DNA of 64,000 nucleotides, taken from assembly GCA_965235115.1 (NCBI GenBank), contig OZ249436.1:17238001-17302000 (forward strand), read 5' to 3'. This document shows, piece after piece, positions 26,947-40,800 of this stretch. Positions within the stretch are counted from its first letter, which is position 1, and every line of letters begins with the position of its first letter. The DNA is from Laetmonice hystrix (taxonomy: Eukaryota). The notes under the pieces are model-generated. The model searched no databases. It was not told the origin of the DNA and was given only the letters and a program-made list of their open reading frames with translations. A program made the translations under genes and the position numbers.

Positions 26947-27971
26947 TTAAAGGACTGAGATGACGCCTTAAATCTTTCAGGAACTCCTTCTACAGTGATA
27001 GTTTTCTTGAATTTGTAAAATCACAGTGGAGAATTGTAAAAGTTTGATCGGGTTGATCAGGTTGATCGGATCTGATGTGAGTTTTGCTTGTTGACCTACT
27101 TAGAAAGGATGCAACAGTTTGAAGGATATTATCCTACTAGTACAGGGAAGAGATCTGAGAAAGTTCTCCAATCGTTGTCCTGAACTGTGTGAGAACCACT
27201 GGTGGAGTGAGATTTGATGCTTCAGGGGCTCGTTTCACTAAGACTGTATGAGCTCGTATACATGTATATGGCCTGAAAGCTCGTAAACAAGCATTTTGCT
27301 ATTATGATATATACAGAAAATACGAGCTTGTAAGATACAAGTGTCTCGTGAAATGGTCCCTTGAAGACTAAATTACCTGACGGTACCAACTTAGACAACA
27401 GTTCATTCACTGTAGGTCCTGCCTAGTTCGGTGTGCAGGGAAACCGCTGCCTCTGGCAGACCTCAGCAGTCATAGAGCGGAAACCTTGACTTGGTCTGGG
27501 CTACCAGTATAAAGTGGAGAAGTCACAGTTGTCTGAGAGTGTACCGTTGCATTGTGTTAGTGGTGTTTGGGGGAAGTTTCAAACCTGGGCTTCCGCTAAG
27601 CGTCTGCAACATTCACTGTGGTAAAATACAGAGCAATGTGGTGAAAAAAGAACTGCCCCAAAATTATCCGGGAAAACAAGGTTGTTCAGTACATTGACCA
27701 CTCCGAGAAAATATGGCTGTAGAAATGCTTAATGTGCTGAAAGGATTTGGCAAACCGTTAAGACACCGTAGGTGAAGAAAGATTTCAGCTGCGAGAAGCC
27801 GAGGAAAAAGGTAATTTTATTCGAGCAGGCTTGATCATATATATATACAATGTACATGTACATGTATATACAAAGGTAGATGTTAGCAGTCAGAGGTTAT
27901 AAACAGGAATTCGTGAATCAATATTAGGTGATAATGTGAAAGAAGTAACTCAGAAATTAAATTAATAACTT

Positions 27972-28559
27972 TCTGTCTAAGGTGATGAGGACACTGTCTA
28001 TCTGTCTGAGGTGATGATGACAATGTATCTGTCTGAGGTGATGAGGACACTGTCTATCTGTCTGAGGTGATGAGGACACTGTCTATCTGTCTGAGGTGAT
28101 GATGACAATGTATCTGTCTGAGGTGATGATGACACTGTCTATCTGTCTGAGGTGATGAGGACACTGGCTATCTGTCTGAGGTGATGAGGACACTGTCTAT
28201 CTGTCTGAGGTGATGGTGACACTGTCTATCTGTCTGAGGTGATGATGACAATGTATCTGTCTGAGGTGATGATGACACTGTCTATCTGTCTGAGGTGATG
28301 AGGACACTGTCTATCTGTCTGAGGTGATGAGGACACTGTCTATCTGTCTGAGGTGATGGTGACACTGTCTATCTGTCTGAGGTGATGAGGACACTGTCTA
28401 TCTGTCTGAGGTGATGAGGACACTGTCTATCTGTCTGAGGTGATGAGGACACTGTCTATCTGTCTGAGGTGATGGTGACACTGTCTATCTGTCTGAGGTG
28501 ATGAGGACACTGTCTATCTGTCTGAGGTGATGAGGACACTGTCTATCTGTCTGAGGTGA
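27972..28559. repeat. 29-bp minisatellite (TCTGTCTGAGGTGATGAGGACACTGTCTA), about 20 copies
   Basis: Directly visible, highly homogeneous tandem array. Confidence 0.97.
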
Positions 28560-29924
28560 CGATGAGACTGTAAAAAGCCTCCTGACATGCTGGTCATGGA
28601 AGAGTGTAGGAAAGATTTTATTTTCAGGGTGATACATGATACTGATACATGAAAACACCAGCTTTGAAATAGCTAACTTATGTACAAGTATTTGGAGGAA
28701 TGGAGCTTGTAAGAGGAGTCGTTGCTTTCGTAGGATACATGACGTGTATTTATTTATAAGTGAATGTGATACTCATGGCAGTACCAATCGTTGTAGAATA
28801 TCGATGATGTGGGGTAGAATATTCTACCGACTTTGACGTGGCCCTCCGAGTGGCAGACAATCAGATCACATGCTTGAAATCAGAGTCCCTTTTTCTTGGT
28901 CTCTTTGAGGGTGGTTTCATTATGTGGGGTCAGAATATTCTACCGCCTTTGACGTGGGTCTCGAGTCAGTACATCGCCTGTGATAACTTAAACCCCACGA
29001 AATTTGGCCGAAAGTAAAAATCCATAGCCCTACCCTTATCCCTAACCCCGGTTCCTACCCCTCCAAAAAAACATATCCCCATCCTATCCCTATCACTGAC
29101 CTTATTCCGAACCCCTGCCCACAAATTTTGAGGGAGAGTTACCATGGGGAAATAACCCTCGGCAGACAATCAGATCACATGCTTGAAACCAGAGTCACTT
29201 TTCTTGGTCTGTTTGAGAGTGGTTTCAGTATGGGTCACCAGGGGGCAGTGTAACCGGAAGCTGTATTCTGTATCGATGGTAGGACTGTTTCCCTGCCCTA
29301 CCGCTAGGGGGCCAGGGGTGGTGCAGCCCCCTGGCGGCAGATGGAATGAGTCGTGGAACAGTGCTATATCGATGGTAGCAGCCATTTACAGTCCAGCGAG
29401 CGTGACCCGGGGGTTGTATCTAGGTCAGGTTAACCCCCCAGGAGTAGCACTGCCATGTGGGGTGGAGTGGGGAGGGTAGAAGGCAGCCCATTGATACGAA
29501 AGTCTGGCTGAGTAAGCGAGAGCCAGTCGATATGTGGCGCCCCTATACTGTCCTAGCATTCCCGTTCGTTGCGCCATCTGGTGGCGATGGGAATCAAGGC
29601 TGAAGAAAATGATGTCAGAAGAATCAAAGCTGACATTCTTTTTCTGGTTGCGTCATAAGAGTGCTTCATCATGTAGTCATACATGAGTTATGAAATGCTG
29701 CCAAGCTGTTAGGTTTACTGCTATCAGTGTCAGAAACTCGCCAACATACTGCAATGGTGCTTTACATAGCGTTAAACTTGCTGCTCAACCTGAGAGGTAT
29801 GGTTGGAGCACCGGCAAGGTTTGTCAGCGGTAACTGGATTGACAGGTGTGATGGAGAGTGAACGAAATGTACGGGGTGCCAACAGAGTTAAAGCAGAACA
29901 GGATTTCTCTGCATTAAGCAACTT

Positions 29925-30321
29925 GTTCATCGCTGTAGGTTACAACGTGTGCCATCAGTAACAGGTCAGTCATCTGCTCATTGCTGTAGTTTACACTGTG
30001 TGCCATCAGTAGCAGGTCAGCCATCTGCTTGTTGCTGTAGGTTACACCGTGTGCCTTCAATAGCAGGTCAGTCATCTGCTCATTGCTGTAGTTTACACTG
30101 TGTACCATCAGTAGCAGGTCCGTCATCTGCTCATTGCTGAAGGTCACACCGTGTGCCTTCAATAGCAGGTCAGCCATCTGCTTGTTGCTGTAGGTTACAC
30201 CGTGTGCCTTCAATAGCAGGTCAGTCATCTTAGCAGGTCAACCATCTGCTCATTGCTGTAGGTTACACTGTGTGCCATCAGTAGCAGGTTAACCATCTGC
30301 CCGTTACTATAGGTTACACAG
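29925..30321. repeat. 51-bp minisatellite, about 7 copies
   Basis: catctgctcattgctgtagNttacactgtgtgccatcagtagcaggtcag repeated; it produces the 17-aa periodic ORF 29914-30228. Confidence 0.92.
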
Positions 30322-31440
30322 TAACAAGACTTGTTCCCACATAATGATGCACAGGCCAAGCGATGGGCCTAGCGATGCAGAGCCTATGGCCAAGTATGCA
30401 CAGCCTACAGATTTACAGCCTACGGGCCTAGTGATGCACAACGCCAATTCACAGTCCATTGGCCCAGTGAAAAGGTGCTTTCTCCGAGGCCCTTTGAGTT
30501 CTTTTCTTCATTTCAGCTGTCATACAAATTGTCTCCTGGGCAGCATTTAACATTCATTCCAGCTGCTGTTTTCATGAGTCATGGTATACATCTAATTAAT
30601 CACAAGAGGCGACAAGCGTAACACTGTCATAGGTTAAACATTTGGACACTCTTTGATACAATCATGGATCTATAAACATCTATAGAATGTAGTTAAATTT
30701 CAGCCAAAAAATGGAAATGTTAAGGCTTATTCATGTGCAATAAAGACCCTTGTTTAAAGAGATAATTTCGATGTTAAGTTTCATTGCTCTCTCCTTTGCC
30801 TTCGTTAAGTCAGAGGTAACTTGAAAAACATGATGTAGAAGCAGGTTTCGATGGCCTCAACCATGGGCAGGAATTGGTGTAGATCTAAGTCAGTATAATT
30901 CTCAAGTATCCATAGCAAGTGATCTCTGGGAAAGCGTATCCACCGAGACCCCCCACTAACCTGACGACCCTCGATATGCCTTTAGTACTGCCTGTCCGGG
31001 GTGGGAGGGTGGCTACGGCCCAAGATACATTGCCTTCAGTGCTGCCCGTACGGGGGGTGGGGGTGTGGACGACCCTTGATATATCTTTTAGTACTGCCCG
31101 TGCGGGGGGGGGGGGGTGGATGACGATTCTTGGTATGTCTTTACTGCTACCCGTGTGCGATTGGGGGACGGGGAGGGAGAGAGATGGTTTCTTTAGAAGG
31201 CCAAAAACTAGACCGGCACAAAAAAATCTGGTTTGGCATAGCAAGCAAAGTTTTTGCATTTCTTTCTCAAAGTTTTTAGAATTTGTTTTATACTGAAGGT
31301 AATAAAAAGCACAAATGTATATAAATTATGTTTTTATTAACATCAATAAGTGATACGGAGTACAGATGGTAGCAGCGCTATCTTGTTATGTTTTACTTGT
31401 ATCCACCCCTGCATTCTGCCCTCCCACCCCCTCACCCCAA

Positions 31441-34400
31441 TTAACTGTCTGACGATTCCACGTGCTGGGCCATCCTCCTGGCCTTCAGCTGTCTGTACAA
31501 GTCTATGGCCTTGTTACGTTCAGAGTCCATGATGCGTTGTTGGCCTGGAGACAAATACTTTCTCCTCTGTGTCTGACCAACCTCTCTTCTCCCACTGAAA
31601 ACCTGCTGCAGTAATAGTGAGCGCTCCCCGGGCTGAAAAATAAGGTCAATTTTTGTCAATTAAAGATATACTGGCATCATAAGCCAAAAATTAAAAACAA
31701 TACAAAAGTTCTAATTTTTGCTGTATAGCATAGTCATAGTATAAGCTTCAAAATAAAGCATTAAAAATGATAGGTCACCATGCTAATTTTCGGGAAAATG
31801 ATGGGTAAAGATTGATCAATTTAACATAGGATTCAATGGGGAAATAGACCCTCTGGGAAGATTTCACTTCCGTTGTCCTACTTGTTGCAATAACATCTTT
31901 CTAAATTTTGCATATATTAATCTTAGGACAATACTGATCATTTTAAAAGAAAAAAAAAAGTAGGTCACCGTTCTACTTTTTGAGATAGGGTGGTAAAGCT
32001 TTAATGCAAAAAACGGATTTCATTGAGTTCAACGTTAAATTGATCAATCTTTGCCCATCATTTTCTTGCAAATATCAATAGAAACCTATCATTTTTATGT
32101 TTTATTTTAAAGCTTATACCATGACTATACTATACACAAAATATTAGAACTTTGGTATTACTTTTATTTTTTTGAATATAACGTTAGTTTAAATCAATAT
32201 GAAATATTAGTACCTTCTCCGCCACCATATGTAGTGACTGTCCCATGCCGGTTTATCTTTAAGTCTCTATAGAGTAACAATATTAAAGAGAAATTGTACA
32301 GAAAAGAACATCTTCATTTCTCTCCATTACTTAAGTCTTTTCACTTCATTTATCTTATGTGTTTATACATCACCTTTTTCCTTGTCTTTTCTGCCTTCCT
32401 TGGTACAGCTTTTATCTCTGGCGGAGCCATGGCAACTTCTCCAAATTTAACTTCATCTGTGACAGAAGACATATTGTATCCAGTTGGTAGGACTGTACGA
32501 TTTTCAGTGAGGGAGGAACAAGGAAACGTATCTCGGTTTCACGATTTGTATAACCATGCAAGGACTTTAGATTCGTTCAACACCTTTTATACACCCATAA
32601 TATAACAGGCCGTATCATCCTTGCAGTGCACCCAAAGTCATTCTACAATACCATCAGAAAACCGCCAACATGATTTAACAGAAAGTCAACCTTGCAGTGC
32701 ACCCAAAGTCATTCTATAATACCATCTGCAAACCGCCAACATGATTTAACAGAAAGTCAACCTTGCAGTGCACCCAAAGTCATTCTATAATACCATCTGC
32801 AAACCGCCAACATGATTTAACAGAAAGTCGAGCTTGCAGTGCATCCAAAATCATTCTAAAATACCACCGACCACCTTGTTTAGTTGTTCTAAATTACCAT
32901 CAGTGTGTCTCTTTTATCAACTGAGTAGCTTGGTTATAACTATTTTTATTATAAATACCAGATCCTTTTCTAGGAAAGTATGTAACCCCAAAAAAGCCAA
33001 ATCCTACCATTAAAGAATATAGTGAAAAAAAACTAAAATCTTACCTGTGAATTTTTCAAAACCTGACTTCTTATTTTCAAGCCTTTCATTCATCTTTTCT
33101 TTCTTTTTAATCTTCTTCTCTTGTAACCGTCTGAAGAAATGTGAATTAATAAAAGTAAATAGACATAACAAAAGTGAATGATAATAGGAAATAACTGGTT
33201 CTTGTGGGTTTAATTTTAATTATAAAATTACCTTAATAACATCTGGGAACTATTAAGATGGGCTGGGTTGCCAAATGAACTGATTGTTTTTGTGTTATCC
33301 TTGCACAATCCAACTAAGAAAATTGACAAATATGTGTGAGATCATGTGTCTTTCTCATAAACTGCAAAAAGTTTTCAAAGATGGGAAAGGTATTATATAA
33401 AAACAAAAACCTACTTTGTATTTTTTTTTGTTTTATTTGAACTTTCCTTGACAGCTAGCTTTCCACTATTTGGATCCTCAACTTTAACCTGTAAGAGACA
33501 ACACATTTGTCACTACTACAATGTGTATCAAAACTTGCATGTACCTATGATATAACCAGAACAGATTCATTCTGTAATCTGAGACCAATATGACAATGAC
33601 ATAGACCAGCCTTATATCTGATATATTACAATGTAAAATACATTATTTGTACAAGTATGACACTGAACTGCACATAAACGCCTGATACAATTGCCTTCTT
33701 TATTTTACACTGCTGATGCACTTCCTTTAGTAGATGGTTTTACATACCGGTATATGTATACAGACCTGGTTCTAAATTCAAACGTTCAAATACAGACATG
33801 AAACTTTAGTAAACAGGGCCAATATAAAATTAAAAACTTCTTCTAGATCTGCTTACCTTATAATAATCCTCAAACTGAGCAGAACAGATAACTCTCTGGG
33901 ATGCAAGCTCCACACGTTTAATAAATGCAGCATCAGTTTCTTTTTTGCCCTGTTCAAATCTTGGTGCTTTTTTAATTTTCTGTGTCATGCCTATAGTATC
34001 TTCCTTTGGTTCTACAATAATAAAATCATTTGTCACCAGGATACTTTCACATGCTGCATCTCTTAATGATTTGTAAATTGTTAGGCAACATTAAACCTAA
34101 ACTGTCATTTAATTAGGTAGAACCCTTTAAAAAATGTGAACTATTTTATAACTCCCTTGCTACCATATTCCATTAAAAAAAGTTAAATTATTATCAATTT
34201 TTTACTTGGTAGAAGATTGGAAACAGGACAACAAAATTAATGTGCCATTCTTTAGAATGTCAACCATCAGTGAGTCTGTCATGTGGACACAAACCTGGGA
34301 AAAAAGGATTTCCTCTGCCTTTCAGCTTGGATTTGGGCATTTTTTTCACCATCTTCTTGAGATTAGCAAGTTCCCTCTCTGCAGTGCTCTCCTTCTGCTC

Positions 34401-35532
34401 ATAGTCATACTGATCTGAGACCGTCTTGAGGGCTGGTATTGGCATGGCAGCGGCGGGCCTAGGAAGAGTTTAGAATAAATTATATGATCTTTTACAAAAA
34501 TCACTTCTTAACTGCACCTTTCAGATACACTTATTGAATCAAGATTATGTTGTGAAACAAACAAAAACTTGTACTACTTTAGTACTTATACTAGTACTTG
34601 TAACTTTTTAATTTAGTCCAGTAGTACTACTACTAGTAGTAGTACTAGAACTACTACTAGATGTAGAGTCAGACTGCTGAAGACATGAAGTGCTACAACT
34701 TGGTATGACTTTCATAAGGCAAGATTTACTGATTTTCATTAGTATCCCATTAATTTTGAATACCAGTCATTGTGAGCGGCAGCCACTGTGAGCAGCGGTC
34801 ACTGACAGCTGTTGTGAGCGGCAGTCACAGTTAGTGTGAGCACATGGATAGCATGCTAGATGTTTCACATATAATCTTATTTAGCTGAAGGCCTATATTA
34901 TTACAGCTAAATTAGATTACAGCTAAATTAGATTACAGTTCAATCTTCAAGCTTGGCTAATGGCTTTGCACAACTTATAGCCTACATGCAATGATTCCCA
35001 TCAAACCATTTCTGCATTTTCACATTTATCACTGATTACTTACTAAAACCATTTCAGTACTATGTTTTACTTACTGTTAATGTGTTATATAGCCTATGTA
35101 ATGATTTCCATCAAACCATCAAAATGGTTTGATCAAAATGGTTCCATCAGAATCATGTCGCTCACAATAACTGCCGCTCACAATGACTGCCGCTCACGAT
35201 AACTGGATACCTTAATTTTACCCCCTTGCCCATAAGAAATCCTCACGCCTGAACGGCTGAGGAAAGCATCCGATTTGCTGTTTTCAATCAGCGCCTGAGA
35301 GGCCAACATGGCCAAATGCTCTCATTATCGCCCACCTTGGTCTTCGCTTCCCTTTCTTCGTTCCTTCCCATTCCGATAGGTAAGACTCGTCCACACCTTT
35401 CAGTTTCTTTCTCCTCCTGTTTTTCTGGGGTTTAACAATTCGAACTGCTCGTTCATGATCTTTATGAGGCTGCTGGGCACCCGGTTTCGGTACCTTTCGC
35501 TTCTTTTTAACCCTCACCATCTTGGCGACCAT
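31441..35532 (-). CDS. CCDC137: Coiled-coil domain-containing protein 137 (nucleolar, lysine-rich), ~330 aa
   Basis: Exons 35532-35336, 34458-34295, ~34053-33857, 33488-33415, 33130-33045, 32456-32374, 31632-31441; the frame closes. Motifs APRFEQGKKETDAAFIKRVE, DEVKFGEVAMAPPEI and ERNKAIDLYRQLK match the CCDC137 family. Confidence 0.88.
31664..32258. mobile_element. Kolobok-like MITE with long internal inverted repeats and TTAA target duplication
   Basis: TTAA|agatatactggcat ... atgccggtttatct|TTAA; internal arms ~31690-31840 and ~32020-32170 are inverted copies. Confidence 0.75.
32618..32866. repeat. 71-bp tandem repeat (about 3.5 copies)
   Basis: ccttgcagtgcacccaaagtcattctataataccatc...catgatttaacagaaagtcaa repeated. 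Confidence 0.92.
34757..35212. mobile_element. MITE-like element with inverted subterminal TGTGAGCGGCAG repeats
   Basis: tgtgagcggcag arrays on the left and ctgccgctcaca arrays on the right; left terminus degenerate. Confidence 0.55.
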
Positions 35533-35636
35533 GTGCTGATGTGGGCACGATAGCGGAATCCCCGTGACCTAGTTGTAAATGACGTCATGAACCAGGGATA
35601 TCCTAACGTCGGAGGCTGTGACATTCAGGAGTTGAG
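35533..35636. promoter_or_regulatory. Very compact bidirectional promoter between CCDC137 and OXLD1
   Basis: Only 104 bp separate the two predicted ATGs; a palindromic CRE TGACGTCA sits near the midpoint (35580-35587). Confidence 0.7.
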
Positions 35637-37384
35637 ATGGTCGCCTGCTCGCGTGGTAGATTTACGCTTCTCGCCACTCAGCTGGGGTCCCGTCTGGTAA
35701 GCAGTTTCCAGGTCTATTACTGGCTCTTTATTTATCGAGACCCGCGGTCAACGCCCGGTGCCCCCCGCCCGGTCAACGCCCGGTGCCCCCCCCCCCCCCT
35801 ACCTAGCCTCTCACATAGTGACATACTATTACTAGGCTACCCTACTAGTACTACTAGTACTACCAGTCAGTTTCTAAACGGTACGTGTCTTCCAGAACGT
35901 ATGGTCCTATGGACGTATAAGGACTAGGACTCGGGGCCGGTTTTACTAAAGGTCCTTATTTAAGGACGTCGCAAATTTAACATAGAAGTGAATGGTTGCT
36001 AGGTCGTAACTAAGTAACCCACCCATTTTCAGACCAGCCTACGGCTACGGGCCTGTATAGTAGAGTTCGTATAGGCCTCCCTCCGCCAGAAAGCAGACCT
36101 GCCAACCTACAGAGAGAAGAAACCGGGAGATTGGTGTCCAAAAACCTGAAAATTGGGAGGAAAACCGGGGGATTTTGTGGGGAAAACCTGGAGATTTTGT
36201 GGAAAAACCTGGAGACTACATTATGAAGCTGATATAGACCTATGAGTGGGGGGGGGGGGGGGGGGGGGGGGGAAACGTTAGTATGGAGCCACTACATTCT
36301 ACACATGAAGTACACAACTTACATACCATCAGTTTAATAAATTTAAAATCAGAAATTGTCCTAAGACATCTGCTCCTTTATGTTGTTTCTTTTCTCTTTA
36401 TGTAGGCCTATCCTTTTTTAGTGTTCTGCGTTGCATATAGATCTAGTTGCTACATGTACTTAAAAACATACTCAATTGTCCAATCTATCTTTTTTCTTGT
36501 GTTTTGTGTACATTTGTGTGCATCATGAGTTTTCAATTTACCGTGAGAAAATTGTGACATACCGGGGGGACGGGGGATCAGGTTAAAAACCGGGAGTCCC
36601 CCGGTGAAACCGGGGGACTTGGCAGGTCTGAGAAAGGGGCTTACTCTAGCAAGATGGTTCGTGAAATAGTAGGCTATAAGTTAGTAAGACTCTGACTCGA
36701 AAGCCTACATAAGGTTAACATAACACAGTTACCCAGGAATGTGATTTTTTTTAAAATTAATGTAAAGTGTCATTTTGTTATAGTAGGTCTCTTGTTTCTC
36801 TGCAGGTCTCTAGCTGTAGTAGGGGAGCAGTGGATGTTCGCCGCCTGTCTACAGTAGCTAGTGTTGGCCTACATGTCGGCCAGCGTCACAACCATGGTGG
36901 ATGGGAGGGTCCCGACACACGCCTGGCCGTCTTATGTCATGGCAGGGGTGAGAGAACCTCACACAGCGCCATCACCCAGACCCGGCACACACCACCTACC
37001 AGCGCGTCATTGATGACGTACTGCCGTCTGTCAACGTCCCTGACGTCACAATCAGAAGAAGGTGACGTGGCAGCGTCATCACCATCACACGACCCATGTC
37101 ACGGTGACGTCACATCAGATACTGAGGAGCCACACGGTCCTGAACTTGACCTCTATATAACGGAGGTCAAGGATCGGACAGATGGGGTGGTTCCTGGGAG
37201 GGGTGCGCCCCCTGACCCCCCTACCACTTGCTGTATGTCTGGCTGTGCTAACTGTGTGTGGATCGAGTACGCTGACAGACTGAAGGACTACTACAAAGAT
37301 GGCGGCTTGGCAGCAAAGGCCGCCATCAAAGAACAAGTGGAGGATCCGAATTTGAGAGCGTTTCTTTTACTGGAAATATCGTGA
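35637..37384 (+). CDS. OXLD1: Oxidoreductase-like domain-containing protein 1, 212 aa
   Basis: Exons 35637-35696 and 36806-37384; C-terminal PPDPPTTCCMSGCANCVWIEYA...VEDPNLRAFLLLEI signature; Arg/Ser-rich N-terminus resembling a mitochondrial targeting peptide; AATAAA at ~37427. Confidence 0.92.
36094..36630. mobile_element. hAT-like element with 6-bp target duplication AGAAAG
   Basis: cagacctgccaa / ttggcaggtctg ends; AGAAAG on both flanks; internal aaaaccgggaga repeats. Confidence 0.8.
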
Positions 37385-37866
37385 ATCTTCTCTCGAATAG
37401 GCCGAATACTTTTGCATGACAATGTAAATAAACCTTTGAGTTAAATTTATTTTGTACTGTAGTCAGTTCTTAGTTTTTGCTTTGCCAATATAGGCCTACA
37501 TAGAGTAGGCCTAAATGAGTCTTTTCATAGATAGTAGGATTTTTTCCCCATCTTTATAAGTTTATTAGGTAATTGAGTCCACGGCAAGGTTCGTATTCAC
37601 CGGTTGTATCATAGGCATTATGGTTCTTTTTTTATTCCTGCTTCACTGAAAACCATACAGTCCTGCCAACTGTTGCAATATTCTACTTTAGGAGCAATTT
37701 GTCGTTCAAAAATAATTGTCAATATAGGGGCCTAACTTCCTGTAGAGAGGACCAACAGTAAGCCTACGTCTGATATAGTAGTGTCTGAACGTTAGGCTCT
37801 TTATATTTAGGCCTACATCAGTAAGGAGTAATATTTACATCAATAAGGAGTGATTTACGTGAATGA

Positions 37867-40800
37867 TTAAAACCGGAGCTCCAGAGAACTCGTACGGCTG
37901 TGTTTGTCGAGAATCATCCAACACTTGCGCTCCACCTGGTGGCGGTGAAGGGTTTCAAACGGGAGGTGGTTGAACGGGCGCAGGTAGAAGGTCCTCAGAC
38001 TGCTAAGGTTACAGGCCAACTCTACCAAAACCTCGTACGTCGTCGGCTGCAGCATGTCGTCTGCTTCATATAACACCAGCGTCTCAATGTTACTACAACA
38101 ACCGCACAGCCGCACCATCAGCTCCACCACGTCCTCCTCCCGGAGCTGGGTGTCCTTGAGATTTAACAAGGTCAGACTGGACGCGTTCCCCCCAATGCGC
38201 ATGACGTGTTCGCCCATAGTCGAAAGATTGTTACGTTCAAGAGTTAACTCTCTCACGGAGTAAATATGACGTGACGTTGCTAGGTAACGCAGGTCGGCGC
38301 TGCTCATGTCGTTACAGTAGAAGTAGATCGTTTTCAGAGGGGTAGAGAGCGCATTCAGTAAGGTCTCCACGCGATTCGTCAAGGTCACTCGGTTCATGTA
38401 GAGCTCAGAGAGCGTCTTCCACGACGATAGGACACTGACATCCTTGGACAGCACGTGATCGTCGGTCAGAGCTCCCGGGGTCAGGTCTTTCAGGAGTTTG
38501 GGTCCTGAAGCCGCCATGGCGAACCACGTGATGGCAGGGAGGCCTTTTAATTTGTCCTCGAGCTCATATAGTGCAAGGAAAACACTCCTTCGATAGCCAT
38601 ATATACCAAGGTCAGTCAGGTTCTAGAATAGATGCAGACCGTTAAAATAGGCAATCCAAATGTCTTAACTTAGGCCTACCGGTTTGAAAATAGGCTAACG
38701 GCAATTTAGGCCTATAGAGTCTACACCACCGACCTAGGCCTACATTAGGCCTATTATTTTTATTGGTAATAGGCCTACAGGTCGGTGCGGCATGGAGATA
38801 GAGTCTACGGTTCTCACCTTAAGGTCCAACATGGACAACATCCAGCGCAGATGTGCCACCTGGCGGAGGTGGAAGTTATTAACGGTCAGCCTGGTAATGT
38901 TGAACCGGAAGGGGGTGCGTGCGCAGACCATCAAACCAATCGCCTCGTCCAGCATACCAATCCACTCAGACATGTCCAGACTGCAGCTCATCTGTATCTG
39001 CACGACACCTTCCACCACGGATATCAGGCAAAAATACAATCTCTAACCATCAATTATTAAACTTTGCTTGTGTGCTTATTTATAAATTATCTTATATCAG
39101 CACTGTCATTTTTTGCAAGAAGAAAGAAAGAAAGAAAGCCGCACAGCCGCACAGCCGCACCATCAGCTCCACCACGTCCTCCTCCCGGAGCTGGGTGTCC
39201 TTAACAAGGTTAGACTGTAGGCCTACGCGTTTCCCCCATTGCGCCACTCTGAACACCGACGCTGCTTCTGTTTGGCTGTTTCTAGGTCATATCCGGAGGA
39301 GAACAAGTCAGTAGGCTGCCGAATAGTCCGGTGGAAGGACTTCCGTTTTCGTAACGCTATGGTGTGGGAGTGATACGGCCGTGGGGGATTCTATATCAAT
39401 ATTCTTACCCGTGACGTCACGGCAGTTCACTGACTTGAGCCCAGGCCTCAATTCCAGGTCGGGGATACTCAGGTCGGATGGGGACGCTAAACAATTAATT
39501 TTTATGTGGTCTAAAATAGGCCTAATAGGTATACGTACTGTTGCGTGTACAGTGAGGTTGTGCTAACTCCAACTTCCGGCCCAAGTTCCATATATCCGAC
39601 TTCCGGCCCAGTTTCCAGTTCAGTAACGTTTCCAGATCACTATCCTCCACGGACCACTGTTCTCCTATACCGTGGAATTAATCAAGTGGCATGGCATCAA
39701 GTTATATTTTTACGTGTTCATATCATAGAGGCAGTACATGCTATTAATGAGTCTATTAACCTAATTAATCAATAAAGATGGTCTTACCAAGCTTTGATTT
39801 TAGTTCTGTAAGAATTGCATCTGGGCTCCTTTGGTCCGGTTGGAGACACAAAACGGGAACTTGGAAAAGACCTATGTTTGAAAGAGGCAATGCTATGAGA
39901 TATTGTTTCAAAAAACAAAGTATTTATGACCTATCTTAAGGAACATATTAATGTCCATAATGTTACGCATAATTAGGACTCTAGCTCATGATTGGCGTCA
40001 TAATTTTAAGTCACTTCCCCGATTAATGTTTTTTAAATGAGGAAGCATCGGTCTAACATATATTTGATAATGATATCACTATCTACATAACGCAGATCCT
40101 CTACTGGTTCCTTTACAGCCTCAGGCCGACGGCTTTGTGCGGGGTCTTGTCAATTAATGATAATCCTGTGATCTTATCATAGAGTTGACGAAATAACTTA
40201 CTAGGAATTGAGTATTCATTTAGATATAGATTCCTCAATTTGCAGCCTGACTGCATGCAGAGTAAACCTTCAGTGAGCCACTCAATGAAAAGCTTGCCGG
40301 AGGAGGCGCACAGCGCCTGCGTGGCTGTCTCCTTGCCAAGAACGTCCACCAGGTGCAGACACCTGTCTGGCCAGCGCGACAGGAGCGCCACCACAGTGTG
40401 GTGAAGGGCATTGCCGTGTCTGCAAGGTTAAAAGGGAACAAAGTCCCGACCAGCAGAATAGAGGCTATAATAATAGTCCCTTTAATGAACTAAACTTTTA
40501 CCACAGAGGCAGTCTAGATTACCTACGGTGGCACTGGACAGACCTACTTTGGTAAATTAGGCCTATTATTACACAATTAGAATGTTATAAGGCCCACAGC
40601 CTTGATCGGAGTAGGCCTAAAATCTACACCGTTAGTAGGCCTATTAGCTTTGGTAGAGGAACAAACCTACATTGGAATGAGTCTGACGGCCGTAGCAAAC
40701 AACATTGTGACGATCCTGAAGGGCAAACCAAGGTCAAGGACATGATCTACCAGTGACGGAGTCAGGACGACTCTATCCTCCGCCATCAGGAGTAAGGCAC

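Noticed and set aside
27972..28559. Regular short repeats here and at 50.1, 54.4 and 21.1 kb as CRISPR arrays
   Set aside because: The units are contiguous with no unique spacers, there are no cas genes, and the context is eukaryotic; they are minisatellites.
27416..28836. Possible extra plus-strand gene between MARF1 and CCDC137 (donor near 27811, acceptor near 28628)
   Set aside because: All frames have stops and show no recognisable protein; at most a spliced UTR or non-coding transcript, which cannot be supported from sequence alone.
29914..30228. 104-aa ORF with 17-aa periodicity
   Set aside because: It is a by-product of a 51-bp tandem repeat, with no splice or homology support.
36247..36272. 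Long poly-G/poly-C runs here and elsewhere in the window
   Set aside because: They mostly sit inside MITEs and homopolymer length is error-prone; no specific function can be supported.
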